Shown: positions 1-7,678 of the stretch, piece after piece
Layout of the letters: each line of letters begins with the position of its first letter
How positions within the stretch are numbered: the stretch's first letter is position 1
Source of the DNA: PVC group bacterium
GTDB taxonomy: Bacteria; Auribacterota; Erginobacteria; Erginobacterales; Erginobacteraceae
Direction of reading: 5' to 3'
Assembly: GCA_043804695.1 (NCBI GenBank)
Contig: JAZDIV010000104.1
Span: 1 to 11,416, forward strand
Length of the DNA stretch: 11,416 nucleotides
Notes under the pieces: generated by a model
What the model was told of the DNA's origin: nothing
Database searches by the model: none
Seen by the model: the letters and a program-made list of their open reading frames with translations, nothing else
Position numbers and translations under genes: made by a program

Positions 1-336
1 ATCCACCAGTTTGTCGATATCGGAACCCTGACCATGCTTGGAGGATTGGCCCGGATCACCAAGGGGGTCCCCCCATATATGACGGCGGTGGAGAGGTCCA
101 TGGTGGTCGGACTCAACGTGGTGGGGCTGCGGCGGGCCGGCTTCACGCCGGCAGAGCGTCTCCAGGTCAAGCGGGTCTATAAACTCCTCTACCATTCCGG
201 CCTCAGTGTCAGCCAGGCGATGGAAGCGATCGAGAAGGAAGACCAGGGGCCGGGCGCGGCCGCGATCGTCGACTTCATCCGCCGGTCGCGCCGGGGGATC
301 TGCCGGCATTACCAGGGCGCGGAATCGGAATGGTAG
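1..336 (+). CDS. lpxA: Acyl-ACP--UDP-N-acetylglucosamine O-acyltransferase, 5'-truncated by the window edge
   Basis: Frame is open from base 1: IHQFVDIGTLTMLGGLARITKGVPPY...GLNVVGLRRAGF...KRVYKLLY...IVDFIRRSRRGI. The HQF, VPPY, GLN.VGLRR.GF and terminal RGI motifs are characteristic of the LpxA C-terminal half. The ATG at 34 is internal. Stop TAG at 334-336. Confidence 0.93.
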   Translation: MHQFVDIGTLTMLGGLARITKGVPPYMTAVERSMVVGLNVVGLRRAGFTPAERLQVKRVYKLLYHSGLSVSQAMEAIEKEDQGPGAAAIVDFIRRSRRGICRHYQGAESEW

Positions 337-398
337 AAATATCCATAACTTTCCTCAACCAATCGAGGGCTGAGTTTTCGCTCCGGAATTTTAAAAAC

Positions 399-521
399 GG
401 TAACGGTCATGGTAACGAAGCCCGTATCGGTAAGGGTAACGGTGACGGCTGGCCTGTCTGGCCCACGTAACCCTAACCGATAGACGATACGGGTCTCGTT
501 ACCGTAACCCTGACCGGTTAC
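399..521. repeat. Long imperfect inverted repeat built from GGTAAC-like hexamers
   Basis: Left arm from 399: ggtaac ggtcat ggtaac gaagcc cgtatc ggtaag ggtaac ggtgac. Right arm read on the minus strand: ggtcag ggttac ggtaac gagacc cgtatc gtctatc ggttag ggttac. 411-429 matches the reverse complement of 485-503 at 17/19. Confidence 0.85.
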
Positions 522-530
522 GAACGCTTA

Positions 531-537
531 TAAGGAG
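531..537 (+). promoter_or_regulatory. Shine-Dalgarno site of the nucleoside transporter gene
   Basis: TAAGGAG lies 5 nt upstream of the ATG at 543. Confidence 0.85.
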
Positions 538-542
538 ACGCC

Positions 543-1904
543 ATGTATCGACTGATCAGTTTCATCGGGATGCTGGTGCTGGTAGGGATCGCTTTTCTGA
601 TGTCCAACAACAAGAAGAAGATCAGCTTCCGGATCCTGATCCTGGGGATCGCCCTCCAGGTCTTCTTCGCCCTGATCATTTTGCCGAACAGCCCGCTCAA
701 TCAGCTGATCAAGAAGACCTTCCACACCGACTCGGCCCCGGGGGAGGTCTTCTTCGCGGCCATGAATGACGCGGTCATCAAGCTGCTCAGTTTCGCGGAA
801 GACGGTTCCCGCTTCGTCTTCGGGAACCTGGTCTCCAACCGGGTGCCGGTGATGATGCCGTCCGGACCCGGGGGGACGCTCCAGGAAACCGCGGGCGCCG
901 TGGCGGTGACCGGGGCCTACTTCGCCTTCAATGTCCTGCCCACCATCATCTTCTTCTCCTCCCTGATGGCGGTCCTTTATTACCTGGGGATCATGCAGCG
1001 GGTGGTCGCCTTCTTTTCCCGCATCATGGAGAAAACCCTGGGGACGAGCGGGGCGGAGACTCTTTCGGCCTCGGCCAACATCTTCGTCGGGCAGACCGAG
1101 GCCCCCCTGGTGGTCCGTCCCTATGTCAACGACATGACGATGTCGGAGCTGATGGTGGTGATGGTGGGCGGGTTTGCCACCGTGGCGGGAGGGGTGATGG
1201 CCGCCTACGTGGGGATGCTGAAAGACTATTTCCCGGATATCGCCGGCCACCTGATCTCCGCCAGCATCATGTCGGCCCCGGCCGGGATCGTGATGGCCAA
1301 GCTGATGTGGCCGGAGACAGAGGAGCCGAGGACGAAAGGAGGGGTGAAGATCCATCTCCCCAAGACCAACGTCAACATCATCGACGCCGCGGCCGGCGGC
1401 GCGGGAACCGGGCTGACCCTGGCGTTGAATGTGGGGGCGATGCTCCTGGCCTTTATCGCCCTGATCAGCCTGGTCAACTTCGGGATCGAACAGTTCGGAG
1501 TTCTTTTGGACAAGATATTCGGGACGGCCATGGAACTGAGCCTCCACAAGCTGCTCGGCTGGGCGTTTTCCCCCCTGGCCTGGGTGATGGGCGTCCCCTG
1601 GAAGGACTGCCTGGTGGTCGGCGGCCTTCTGGGGGAGAAGACGGCGATCAACGAGTTCGTAGCCTATGCCAGCCTGGCGAAGCTTCTCCAGGCCGGCGCC
1701 CGGCTCGATCAGCGGAGCATCGTCATCGCCACCTATGCCCTCTGCGGGTTTGCCAATTTCAGCTCGATCGCCATCCAGATCGGCGGGATTGGCGGGATCG
1801 CCCCCCAGCGCCGGCACGACCTGGCCCGGATCGGCTTCAAGGCCATGATCGGGGGGACCCTGGCCGCCTTCATGACCGGGACGATCGCCGGCATCTTCAT
1901 ATAA
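543..1904 (+). CDS. nupC: NupC/NupG-family concentrative nucleoside transporter (CNT)
   Basis: 453 aa polytopic protein with CNT motifs FAFNVLPTIIFFSSL, GTSGAETLSASANIFVGQTEAPL, GGFATVAGGV, HLISASIMSAPA, NEFVAY, TYALCGFANFSSIAIQIGG. Strong RBS. Confidence 0.95.
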   Translation: MYRLISFIGMLVLVGIAFLMSNNKKKISFRILILGIALQVFFALIILPNSPLNQLIKKTFHTDSAPGEVFFAAMNDAVIKLLSFAEDGSRFVFGNLVSNRVPVMMPSGPGGTLQETAGAVAVTGAYFAFNVLPTIIFFSSLMAVLYYLGIMQRVVAFFSRIMEKTLGTSGAETLSASANIFVGQTEAPLVVRPYVNDMTMSELMVVMVGGFATVAGGVMAAYVGMLKDYFPDIAGHLISASIMSAPAGIVMAKLMWPETEEPRTKGGVKIHLPKTNVNIIDAAAGGAGTGLTLALNVGAMLLAFIALISLVNFGIEQFGVLLDKIFGTAMELSLHKLLGWAFSPLAWVMGVPWKDCLVVGGLLGEKTAINEFVAYASLAKLLQAGARLDQRSIVIATYALCGFANFSSIAIQIGGIGGIAPQRRHDLARIGFKAMIGGTLAAFMTGTIAGIFI

Positions 1905-1930
1905 TAAAATTTTCCTGACGGAAAATTTTA
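1905..1930. promoter_or_regulatory. Perfect 11-bp AT-rich inverted repeat (weak terminator or operator)
   Basis: TAAAATTTTCC-TGAC-GGAAAATTTTA immediately after the nupC stop codon. The repeat is directly seen, its function is inferred. Confidence 0.5.
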
Positions 1931-1945
1931 ATACGGAAATAACAA

Positions 1946-4549
1946 GTGAGGTCTAACTCCGCCTCAACGAAGGTTTTTCTTGTCCTTCTTCTCCTGGCCG
2001 CTTTTTTGATCCGGTTGTGGGGGCTCCTGTTCGATCAGGGAGAGATGCTCTTCAACAACGACGCCTCGCGTCTCTACCTGCGGTGGGCCCAGCGTTTTTA
2101 CGGGGGCCTGGTGAGCCCGGCACGGCTCACCGGATACTGGCATAATATCTGCTACCCCTTCTTTGCCCAGTACCTGATGGGAGCGGCCTGCTGGATCTAC
2201 GCCGGGTTCAAGTACGCCTGGTCGGCGTTCTCCTATCTCACCATGACCCAGCCGTTTCCTTTCACCGGCGAGCTGTCTTTTACCGAGCAAATCATAATCT
2301 GCCGGCTTCTCCAGGTACTGCTCTCGACCGGACTTGTCTACCTGATCTACCGATTGGGGCTCAACCTGCTGGGAAGAGAGACCGCCCTGGTCGGAGCCTT
2401 CCTGACCGCGTTTATGCCCCAGATAATCAACCACTCCCGGTATCTCCAGAGCGATATCACCGTCACCTTCTTCGTGACGGCCACCGTTCTCTTTTCGAGT
2501 TATATCCTTACCCGGGGGGACCTCAAATGGTATCTCCTGGCCGGACTGGCGGCCGGGCTCTCGGTGGGCGCGAAGCACAACGGCGCCCTGGCGCTTATCG
2601 CCCCTCTGGGGGCGCACCTCGGGAGAACCTGGGCCTGCCGGAAGGGGCGGGGCGGGGCGGTCCGCCACGGGCGGCTTCTGGGTGTTTTTTTGTGCTTTCT
2701 GCTCGGGGTGGGAATATCCTATCCCGTCATCTGGCTGGACTGGTCCGCCTGGCGCCGGGCCCTCCCCCGCTTCTACTGGATGCAGCTAATAACGGACAAG
2801 CGGGAGACCGTGACCCATTCTTTCTGGCATCACCGGGTGCTTAACTTCCGCCGATTCTTTACCGATACGTCCAGCCTGAAAATCGGAACCGGGGTTTTGA
2901 TCCTGGTCACGGGACTTCTGGGAGCCATCAAGGCTTTCAAAACCCGGAAGGTCAACGAACTCTTCCTGGTCTTTTTCCCGCTCGCCTATCTACTGGCCGT
3001 CATCGTCTTCAGGGGAAACGTCAGACACAAAGATTTTCTTCCCGGAACGGTCTTCATCCCCCTGATCTCCGCCTTCTTCATCGTGACGCTGATTCGGAAG
3101 CTCCGCCTGCCCGGCCGCCTCCAGGCCCTTCTCATCTGGATCCTGGCCGCGGCAATCGCTCTCCCGGCGGTGGTCAGCGATGTCCGGGTGGCCTACTGCT
3201 GCTGGCAGCGGGATACCCGGCTTTTAAGCGGGGACTGGATCTGGGAGAATATACCGCCGGGCAGCCGGATCGCCCGGGAACGGTACTGTCCTCATATCTC
3301 CGACGTCACCTACGACGTGGCCGTGAAACCGAGATATCTCTGTTTATACCCCCTGGAGTCACTGCTGGAGGAGCAGGTGGAGTTCCTGGTGTCCAGCAGC
3401 ACGGCATATGGAAGATTTTTCGATCCCGATGACACCTACTTCGACGAGAAGGCTCAGGAATACTACCGGGAACTGGACCGGCGTTTCCTGGTGAAGACAT
3501 TCAGGTTTGACAACACCGGCTTTATCGACGGCGTTATCAAGGTCTATTACCTGAAGAGAGAGAAGCCGGCCTGGGAAGACAAAGCTTCCCTGTTGCGTGA
3601 TCTCGACTTCGCGTACTCCGACACCTCTCCCGTAATCATGACCCTGGAAAACAACCTTGCCTACACAGGGAAGAGCGGCTTCTGGGTCGAGGGAAAGGCG
3701 CCGGTTGAAAGGCTGGTAATCGCGCCGGAGAAGCTGGAGCGGATCGGGCTGCTGGTTTTCCCTGCCGTTACGGGATCAACCCTCCAGGCCGTGGTCGGCG
3801 GGGAGGAGCGGAAAATCCGGGCCGATGACCTCGATCCGAAGTTCCTGGTCTTCCGGCCCCGGACCGGCTTTCCCTTTATCGATTACCTGTACCGGATCCG
3901 GGCCCGGGCGGGGGATGACGGGGAGAGGTTCCTGATCAAGATCGTCACCGACCCCGTCCGGCTGGCCCGGTATGCGGGATCCCGGGCCCGGGATGAGGAA
4001 AGAGCACCGCATTTTGATCCCGAACATTTCGATGAGGCGTTCCGGGACCGGTTCGGGGAAGATACCGGCTGGTGGAGGGAAAAGTACACCCGTGTCTTCG
4101 AGTGCGAGGGACTGTCCTTCCCGGAGGGGCGGGACGAGGACCTTGGCGGCTCTTCAGGCGGCCGTCTGGTGACGTACCGTCCGGAACGGGATGAGACGGG
4201 ATGTTTTGTCTGGGGCCCGTACGTCAACCTTCCCCCGCAGCCGTGGATCGCGTCCTTCCGTCTCCGGGCCGGGGAGGGAGGAACCGGGAAAAAGCTGGCG
4301 AAAATCGAGGTGACCTCCGGCCTGGGGGAGAGGACGCTGGCCGCCCGCGAGCTGACCCGGGCCGATTTTCCCGAAAGCACCGGTTTCGTTGAGTTCACCC
4401 TCCCTTTCGTAAACGATTGTCTGGGCAGCCGACTTGAGTTCCGGGTGAGCGCCACCGGGGATACGCCGCTCGGGAGTGACCGGGTAACGGTCTATCCCGA
4501 CCTCCCCGCCTGGTTCCTCGGCCGTTCTCCCGCCGTTGATTCCGAATAA
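1946..4549 (+). CDS. GT-C fold membrane glycosyltransferase (ArnT/PMT-like, GT39/GT83-type) with a large C-terminal extracytoplasmic region
   Basis: GTG start, 867 aa. The N-terminal ~420 aa is polytopic with family-type motifs (FLIRLWGL, YPFF, RLLQVLLS, HSRYLQSD, AGLAAGLSVGAKHNG). It is followed by DTR...WIWENIPPGSRIARE, typical of this group, and a C-terminal beta-rich module (WGPYVNLPP...FRLR...LEFRV). Confidence 0.85.
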   Translation: MRSNSASTKVFLVLLLLAAFLIRLWGLLFDQGEMLFNNDASRLYLRWAQRFYGGLVSPARLTGYWHNICYPFFAQYLMGAACWIYAGFKYAWSAFSYLTMTQPFPFTGELSFTEQIIICRLLQVLLSTGLVYLIYRLGLNLLGRETALVGAFLTAFMPQIINHSRYLQSDITVTFFVTATVLFSSYILTRGDLKWYLLAGLAAGLSVGAKHNGALALIAPLGAHLGRTWACRKGRGGAVRHGRLLGVFLCFLLGVGISYPVIWLDWSAWRRALPRFYWMQLITDKRETVTHSFWHHRVLNFRRFFTDTSSLKIGTGVLILVTGLLGAIKAFKTRKVNELFLVFFPLAYLLAVIVFRGNVRHKDFLPGTVFIPLISAFFIVTLIRKLRLPGRLQALLIWILAAAIALPAVVSDVRVAYCCWQRDTRLLSGDWIWENIPPGSRIARERYCPHISDVTYDVAVKPRYLCLYPLESLLEEQVEFLVSSSTAYGRFFDPDDTYFDEKAQEYYRELDRRFLVKTFRFDNTGFIDGVIKVYYLKREKPAWEDKASLLRDLDFAYSDTSPVIMTLENNLAYTGKSGFWVEGKAPVERLVIAPEKLERIGLLVFPAVTGSTLQAVVGGEERKIRADDLDPKFLVFRPRTGFPFIDYLYRIRARAGDDGERFLIKIVTDPVRLARYAGSRARDEERAPHFDPEHFDEAFRDRFGEDTGWWREKYTRVFECEGLSFPEGRDEDLGGSSGGRLVTYRPERDETGCFVWGPYVNLPPQPWIASFRLRAGEGGTGKKLAKIEVTSGLGERTLAARELTRADFPESTGFVEFTLPFVNDCLGSRLEFRVSATGDTPLGSDRVTVYPDLPAWFLGRSPAVDSE

Positions 4550-4562
4550 AAGATATCTTCCC

Positions 4563-4591
4563 TTTACCCGACAGGCATATTTGCGTATTAT
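4563..4591 (+). promoter_or_regulatory. Possible sigma70-type promoter
   Basis: TTTACC (4563-4568), 17-nt spacer, TATTAT (4586-4591) in an AT-rich gap upstream of the GT2-rfbF block. Confidence 0.35.
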
Positions 4592-4627
4592 GATCTGCTT
4601 TGATATTTAGCGATAAAAAGTCAGGCA

Positions 4628-5383
4628 ATGAATTCAGGAGAGCATAATCGAAAGAATAAAAGTGAGTATGAATTTTCACTGGCTCTCCTCTTCTATAACG
4701 AGGAGGAGAATATCGGGCCGGTGGTCGGGGGATTGCGTGATACGCTGAACGCCGCCGGCCTCGACTTTCAATTGATCCTGGTCGATAACGGCTCCTCCGA
4801 CCGGACTCCGGACGCGATCCGGGAATTGGTCGGGGGCGATCCCCGCCTCAAGGCGGTGACCGTGGAGAAGAACCTCGGCTACGGCTGGGGGGTGATCAAC
4901 GGTCTCCGGGCCGCGGACGGGGAGTGGATCGGCTACATGGACGGGGACGGGCAGGTCGGCCCGGCCGGGCTGCTGCGGGTCCTGAGAGGCGCGGGCTCCG
5001 GATGCGACCTGATCAAGGTCCGCCGGGCGCTCCGGCTGGACGGCTTCGCCCGGCGCTGGATATCGAATACCTACGTGATGATGTTCTGCCTCCTGTTCAA
5101 CCTGCCGTTCTATGATATCAACGCCAAGCCCCGGATCTTCCGGAGAAAGTGGCTGGATCTGTTCCAGCTCTCCTCCCGCGACTGGTTCGTGGACGCGGAG
5201 ATGCTGGCCAAGGCCAGGCTGCTGGGGCTGACGGTCAGGGAGATCCCGGTGGTCTTCCGGAAAAGAGGGGAGGGCTTTTCCCATATCAACGGCCGCGCGA
5301 TCCTGGAGTTTGTGAAGAATATAATCAGGTTACGTTTAGGAAGGGAGATGATCCAATGGAAGAAAAAGATACGATCAAGGTAG
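4628..5383 (+). CDS. GT2 glycosyltransferase, DPM1/polyprenol-phosphate glycosyltransferase-like
   Basis: 251 aa with FYNEEENI, LILVDNGSSDRT, NLGYG, DxD motif MDGDGQ, WFVDAEML and EIPVVFRKR..G.S. Short single-domain architecture like DPM1/ArnC-type enzymes. Confidence 0.9.
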   Translation: MNSGEHNRKNKSEYEFSLALLFYNEEENIGPVVGGLRDTLNAAGLDFQLILVDNGSSDRTPDAIRELVGGDPRLKAVTVEKNLGYGWGVINGLRAADGEWIGYMDGDGQVGPAGLLRVLRGAGSGCDLIKVRRALRLDGFARRWISNTYVMMFCLLFNLPFYDINAKPRIFRRKWLDLFQLSSRDWFVDAEMLAKARLLGLTVREIPVVFRKRGEGFSHINGRAILEFVKNIIRLRLGREMIQWKKKIRSR

Positions 5384-6099
5384 TAATCCTCTGCGGGGGG
5401 CGGGGAACCCGCCTGGTGGAGGAGACCGAGTACCGGCCCAAGCCGATGATCAGGGTCGGAGATAAGCCGATCCTCATCCACATCATGGATATCTACTCGG
5501 CGTTCGGTTTCAAACAGTTCGTTCTGACCCTGGGCTATAAAGGCGAGATGATCAAGGATTATTTTCTTAACTTCGATTATTACACCAATGACTTCACGGT
5601 CGACCTGGGGGAGGGGAAGGTGATCACCCCCCATACCCGCCTTCATCCCGACTGGCGGATCACTCTCGCCAATACCGGTCCGGAGACCCTGACCGGGGGG
5701 AGAATCAAGCGGATCGAGCCCTACATCGACGGTGACACCTTCATGGTCACTTACGGCGACGGGGTGGCGGACATCGACCTCGACCGGCTCCTGGCCTGCC
5801 ACCGGGAAAAGGGGAAACTGGCGACAATCACCGGCGTTCGACCGATGACCCGGTTCGGGGAACTGGAGGCCGAAGACGGCCTGGTCACGGAGTTCCGGGA
5901 GAAGCCCCAGGTCAAGAGCGGGCTGATTAACGGCGGCTTTTTCGTCTTCCAGAAAGGCGTCTTCGATTATCTCTCCGATGACGGCTCCCTGGAGCGGGAA
6001 CCGCTGGAGAACCTGGCCAGGGCACGCGAACTGGCGATCTACCGGCACGAGGGGTTCTGGCACTGCATGGACACCTACCGCGACATGGAGAGCCTGTAA
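5356..6099 (+). CDS. rfbF: Glucose-1-phosphate cytidylyltransferase, prematurely stopped (homologous frame continues to 6141)
   Basis: Start reassigned to ATG 5356, with RBS AGGGAG at 5342-5347. Motifs VILCGGRGTRL.EETEYRPKPM, LGYKGEMIKDYF, TGGRIKR, FMVTYGDG, FREKP, INGGFF, LEREPLE, H.GFWHCMDT.RD. Overlaps the upstream GT2 by 28 nt. TAA at 6097-6099 is followed in frame by QLWAEGRAPWKKR*. Confidence 0.93.
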   Translation: MEEKDTIKVVILCGGRGTRLVEETEYRPKPMIRVGDKPILIHIMDIYSAFGFKQFVLTLGYKGEMIKDYFLNFDYYTNDFTVDLGEGKVITPHTRLHPDWRITLANTGPETLTGGRIKRIEPYIDGDTFMVTYGDGVADIDLDRLLACHREKGKLATITGVRPMTRFGELEAEDGLVTEFREKPQVKSGLINGGFFVFQKGVFDYLSDDGSLEREPLENLARARELAIYRHEGFWHCMDTYRDMESL

Positions 6100-6171
6100 C
6101 AACTCTGGGCCGAAGGCCGCGCCCCCTGGAAGAAGCGGTAGAAGACGGGATATTGTTCAAGCAGGGTCTGA

Positions 6172-6497
6172 ATGGTGAACGTATCTCCTCTGAGAGGGAC
6201 ATCCCGGATCCGGCTGACCGCAGCCGTCTTCCTCTGGCTTCTCCTGTTTTTTCTGATCGCGGTCCCGCTCCTGAACGACCGCCGCCTGGATTCGGCGCTT
6301 TATTCCCCGTTTCTCTTGATCCCGCTGATCAGCGCGGTCTTTCTCCGCCCAAATGAATGGACAGATGAGGGAGAGGGGTATACTATTTTTTTCTTTATCT
6401 GATACCGGATGAGATCCGGGTGAACCGGGACCTGCGGGAGGAGATGATGGAGGCCTTCCAGCTTTCTCCGGGACTGCCTGCCGGCTTTCGATCATGA
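6172..6497 (+). pseudogene. Small membrane ORF (6172-6402) with an apparent -1 frame continuation to 6497; possible remnant of a membrane protein or GT-C N-terminus
   Basis: 76-aa ORF with two hydrophobic segments followed by EWTDEG. The -1 frame is open from 6369 to 6497 (GRGVYYFFLYLIPDEIRVNRDLREEMMEAFQLSPGLPAGFRS*) with gene-like codons. T7 run at 6386-6392. Confidence 0.4.
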
Positions 6498-6546
6498 TGC
6501 CTCCGGTCAGGCCGGGGGATCGTCAACAGCGAGGGAAGAATAACGC

Positions 6547-7548
6547 ATGAGAGATAATTTTTGGAAGGATAAGAATGTTTTTGTCACCGGGTGCACCGGT
6601 CTGCTCGGTTCCTGGATGACCGAGGCCCTCTACCGCCGGGGGGCGAACGTTCTGGGATTGATCCGTGATCTGGTCCCCCAGTCAAACCTCAAGCAGCTGA
6701 GCTGCTGGGAACATATCAACATAGTCCGGGGGGATGTGACCGATTATCCTCTGCTGGAACGGGCGGTCAACGAGTACGAGATTGACACCGCGTTTCATTT
6801 TGCCGCCCAGACTATTGTCTCCATCGCCAACCGCTCGCCGCTTTCCACCTTCGAGTCCAACATCAAGGGGACCTGGAACATTCTCGAGGCCTGCCGCCAG
6901 GTGAACACGGTCAAGCGGGTGGTGGTCGCCTCCAGCGACAAAGCGTACGGGATCCACACCGAGCTCCCCTACACGGAAGAAGCCCCCCTCCGGGGCAGCC
7001 ACCCCTACGACGTCTCCAAGAGCTGCACCGACTTGCTCGCCCGGGCGTACCATCAGACCTATGGGCTCCCGGTGACCATTGCCCGCTGCGGCAATCTTTA
7101 CGGGGGAGGCGACCTGAACTGGAACCGGATCATCCCCGGGACCATCCGGTCGGTCCACAACGGCGAGCGGCCGATAATCAGAAGCGACGGGACCTATATC
7201 CGGGATTATTTCTATGTCCTCGACGCGGTGGAGGGGTACCTCCTGATGGCGGAGGCGACCGGCCGGGAGGGGGTTTCCGGCGAGGCGTTCAACTTCAGCG
7301 ACGAGCGCCAGGTCACGGTCCTGGAATTGGTGAACCTGATCCTGAAGCTGATGGACCGGGAAGACCTGGAACCGGAAATCCTCTCCGCGGCCGAGGGGGA
7401 GATCCGGCATCAGTACCTCTCCGCCGCCAAGGCGCGGCGGGTGCTGAAGTGGAAACCGCTTTACACGATCGAGGAAGGACTGCGGGAGACGATCGCCTGG
7501 TACCTCGATTTCATCGCCGAGAGGGAGCGGGAGCGGGGGGGTAAGTAG
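6547..7548 (+). CDS. rfbG: CDP-glucose 4,6-dehydratase-like extended SDR (RfbG-related)
   Basis: [41 protein letters not shown] (YxxxK) and [18 protein letters not shown] parallel RfbG motifs (FW.gK.V.vTGhTGfkGsW, sDKcY, RaGNviGGGD...R..P). Located next to rfbF. The exact substrate is inferred. Confidence 0.8.
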   Translation: MRDNFWKDKNVFVTGCTGLLGSWMTEALYRRGANVLGLIRDLVPQSNLKQLSCWEHINIVRGDVTDYPLLERAVNEYEIDTAFHFAAQTIVSIANRSPLSTFESNIKGTWNILEACRQVNTVKRVVVASSDKAYGIHTELPYTEEAPLRGSHPYDVSKSCTDLLARAYHQTYGLPVTIARCGNLYGGGDLNWNRIIPGTIRSVHNGERPIIRSDGTYIRDYFYVLDAVEGYLLMAEATGREGVSGEAFNFSDERQVTVLELVNLILKLMDREDLEPEILSAAEGEIRHQYLSAAKARRVLKWKPLYTIEEGLRETIAWYLDFIAERERERGGK

Positions 7549-7550
7549 AG

Positions 7551-7646
7551 AGGATATCAGGTTCTCGAGCATGGCCTGACCCTTATCCGATCTCCTGATC
7601 CCCTGATGATCTTCCTACCGGTCTCCTGATTTCCTGATCCCCGGAT
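7551..7646 (-). repeat. Dispersed copy of the ATCAG-octamer/31-bp repeat family
   Basis: Minus strand 7646->7587 reads atccgggg atcaggaa atcaggag accggtaggaagatc atcagggg atcaggag atcgg, the same 8+8+15 layout as the array at 11147-11363. A short plus-strand arm aggatatcaggtt lies at 7551-7563. Confidence 0.85.
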
Positions 7647-7678
7647 TTATCATTACCTGACGGGAAGAAGTCATTACA

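Noticed and set aside
61..78. LpxA KGVPPY instead of the usual (K/Q)DVPP(Y/F)
   Set aside because: A single substitution in a partial gene, with no basis to infer altered function without an alignment.
468..478. Telomere-like TAACCCTAACC
   Set aside because: Under two units long and fully explained as part of the GGTAAC/GGTTAG hexamer hairpin in a bacterial locus.
528..1817. 429-aa minus-strand ORF, and other long antisense ORFs (1964-2668, 4676-5284, 5110-6102, 6682-7572, 8129-8611, 9255-9746, 10550-10984)
   Set aside because: They are shadow ORFs opposite well-supported genes, expected from GC-rich codon bias, and show no recognisable motifs.
543..1904. Functional link between NupC (cytidine uptake) and the CDP-sugar pathway
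   Set aside because: Only adjacency supports it. CNT substrate specificity cannot be read from the sequence by eye.
1307..1918. Alternative-frame plus-strand ORFs nested in genes (e.g. 1307-1918, 2527-2844, 9136-9501, 10234-10593, 10590-10994)
   Set aside because: Arg/Pro/Gly/Ser-rich translations typical of off-frame reads of GC-rich genes.
5149..5355. 69-aa N-terminal extension of RfbF given in the ORF track
   Set aside because: It lies within the GT2 gene in another frame. Family homology starts at MEEKDTIKVVILCGG (ATG 5356), which has its own RBS.
6097..6099. Alternative genetic code or selenocysteine/pyrrolysine readthrough at the rfbF stop
   Set aside because: The codon is TAA, not TGA or TAG, and TAA, TAG and TGA all terminate other genes here at their expected ends.
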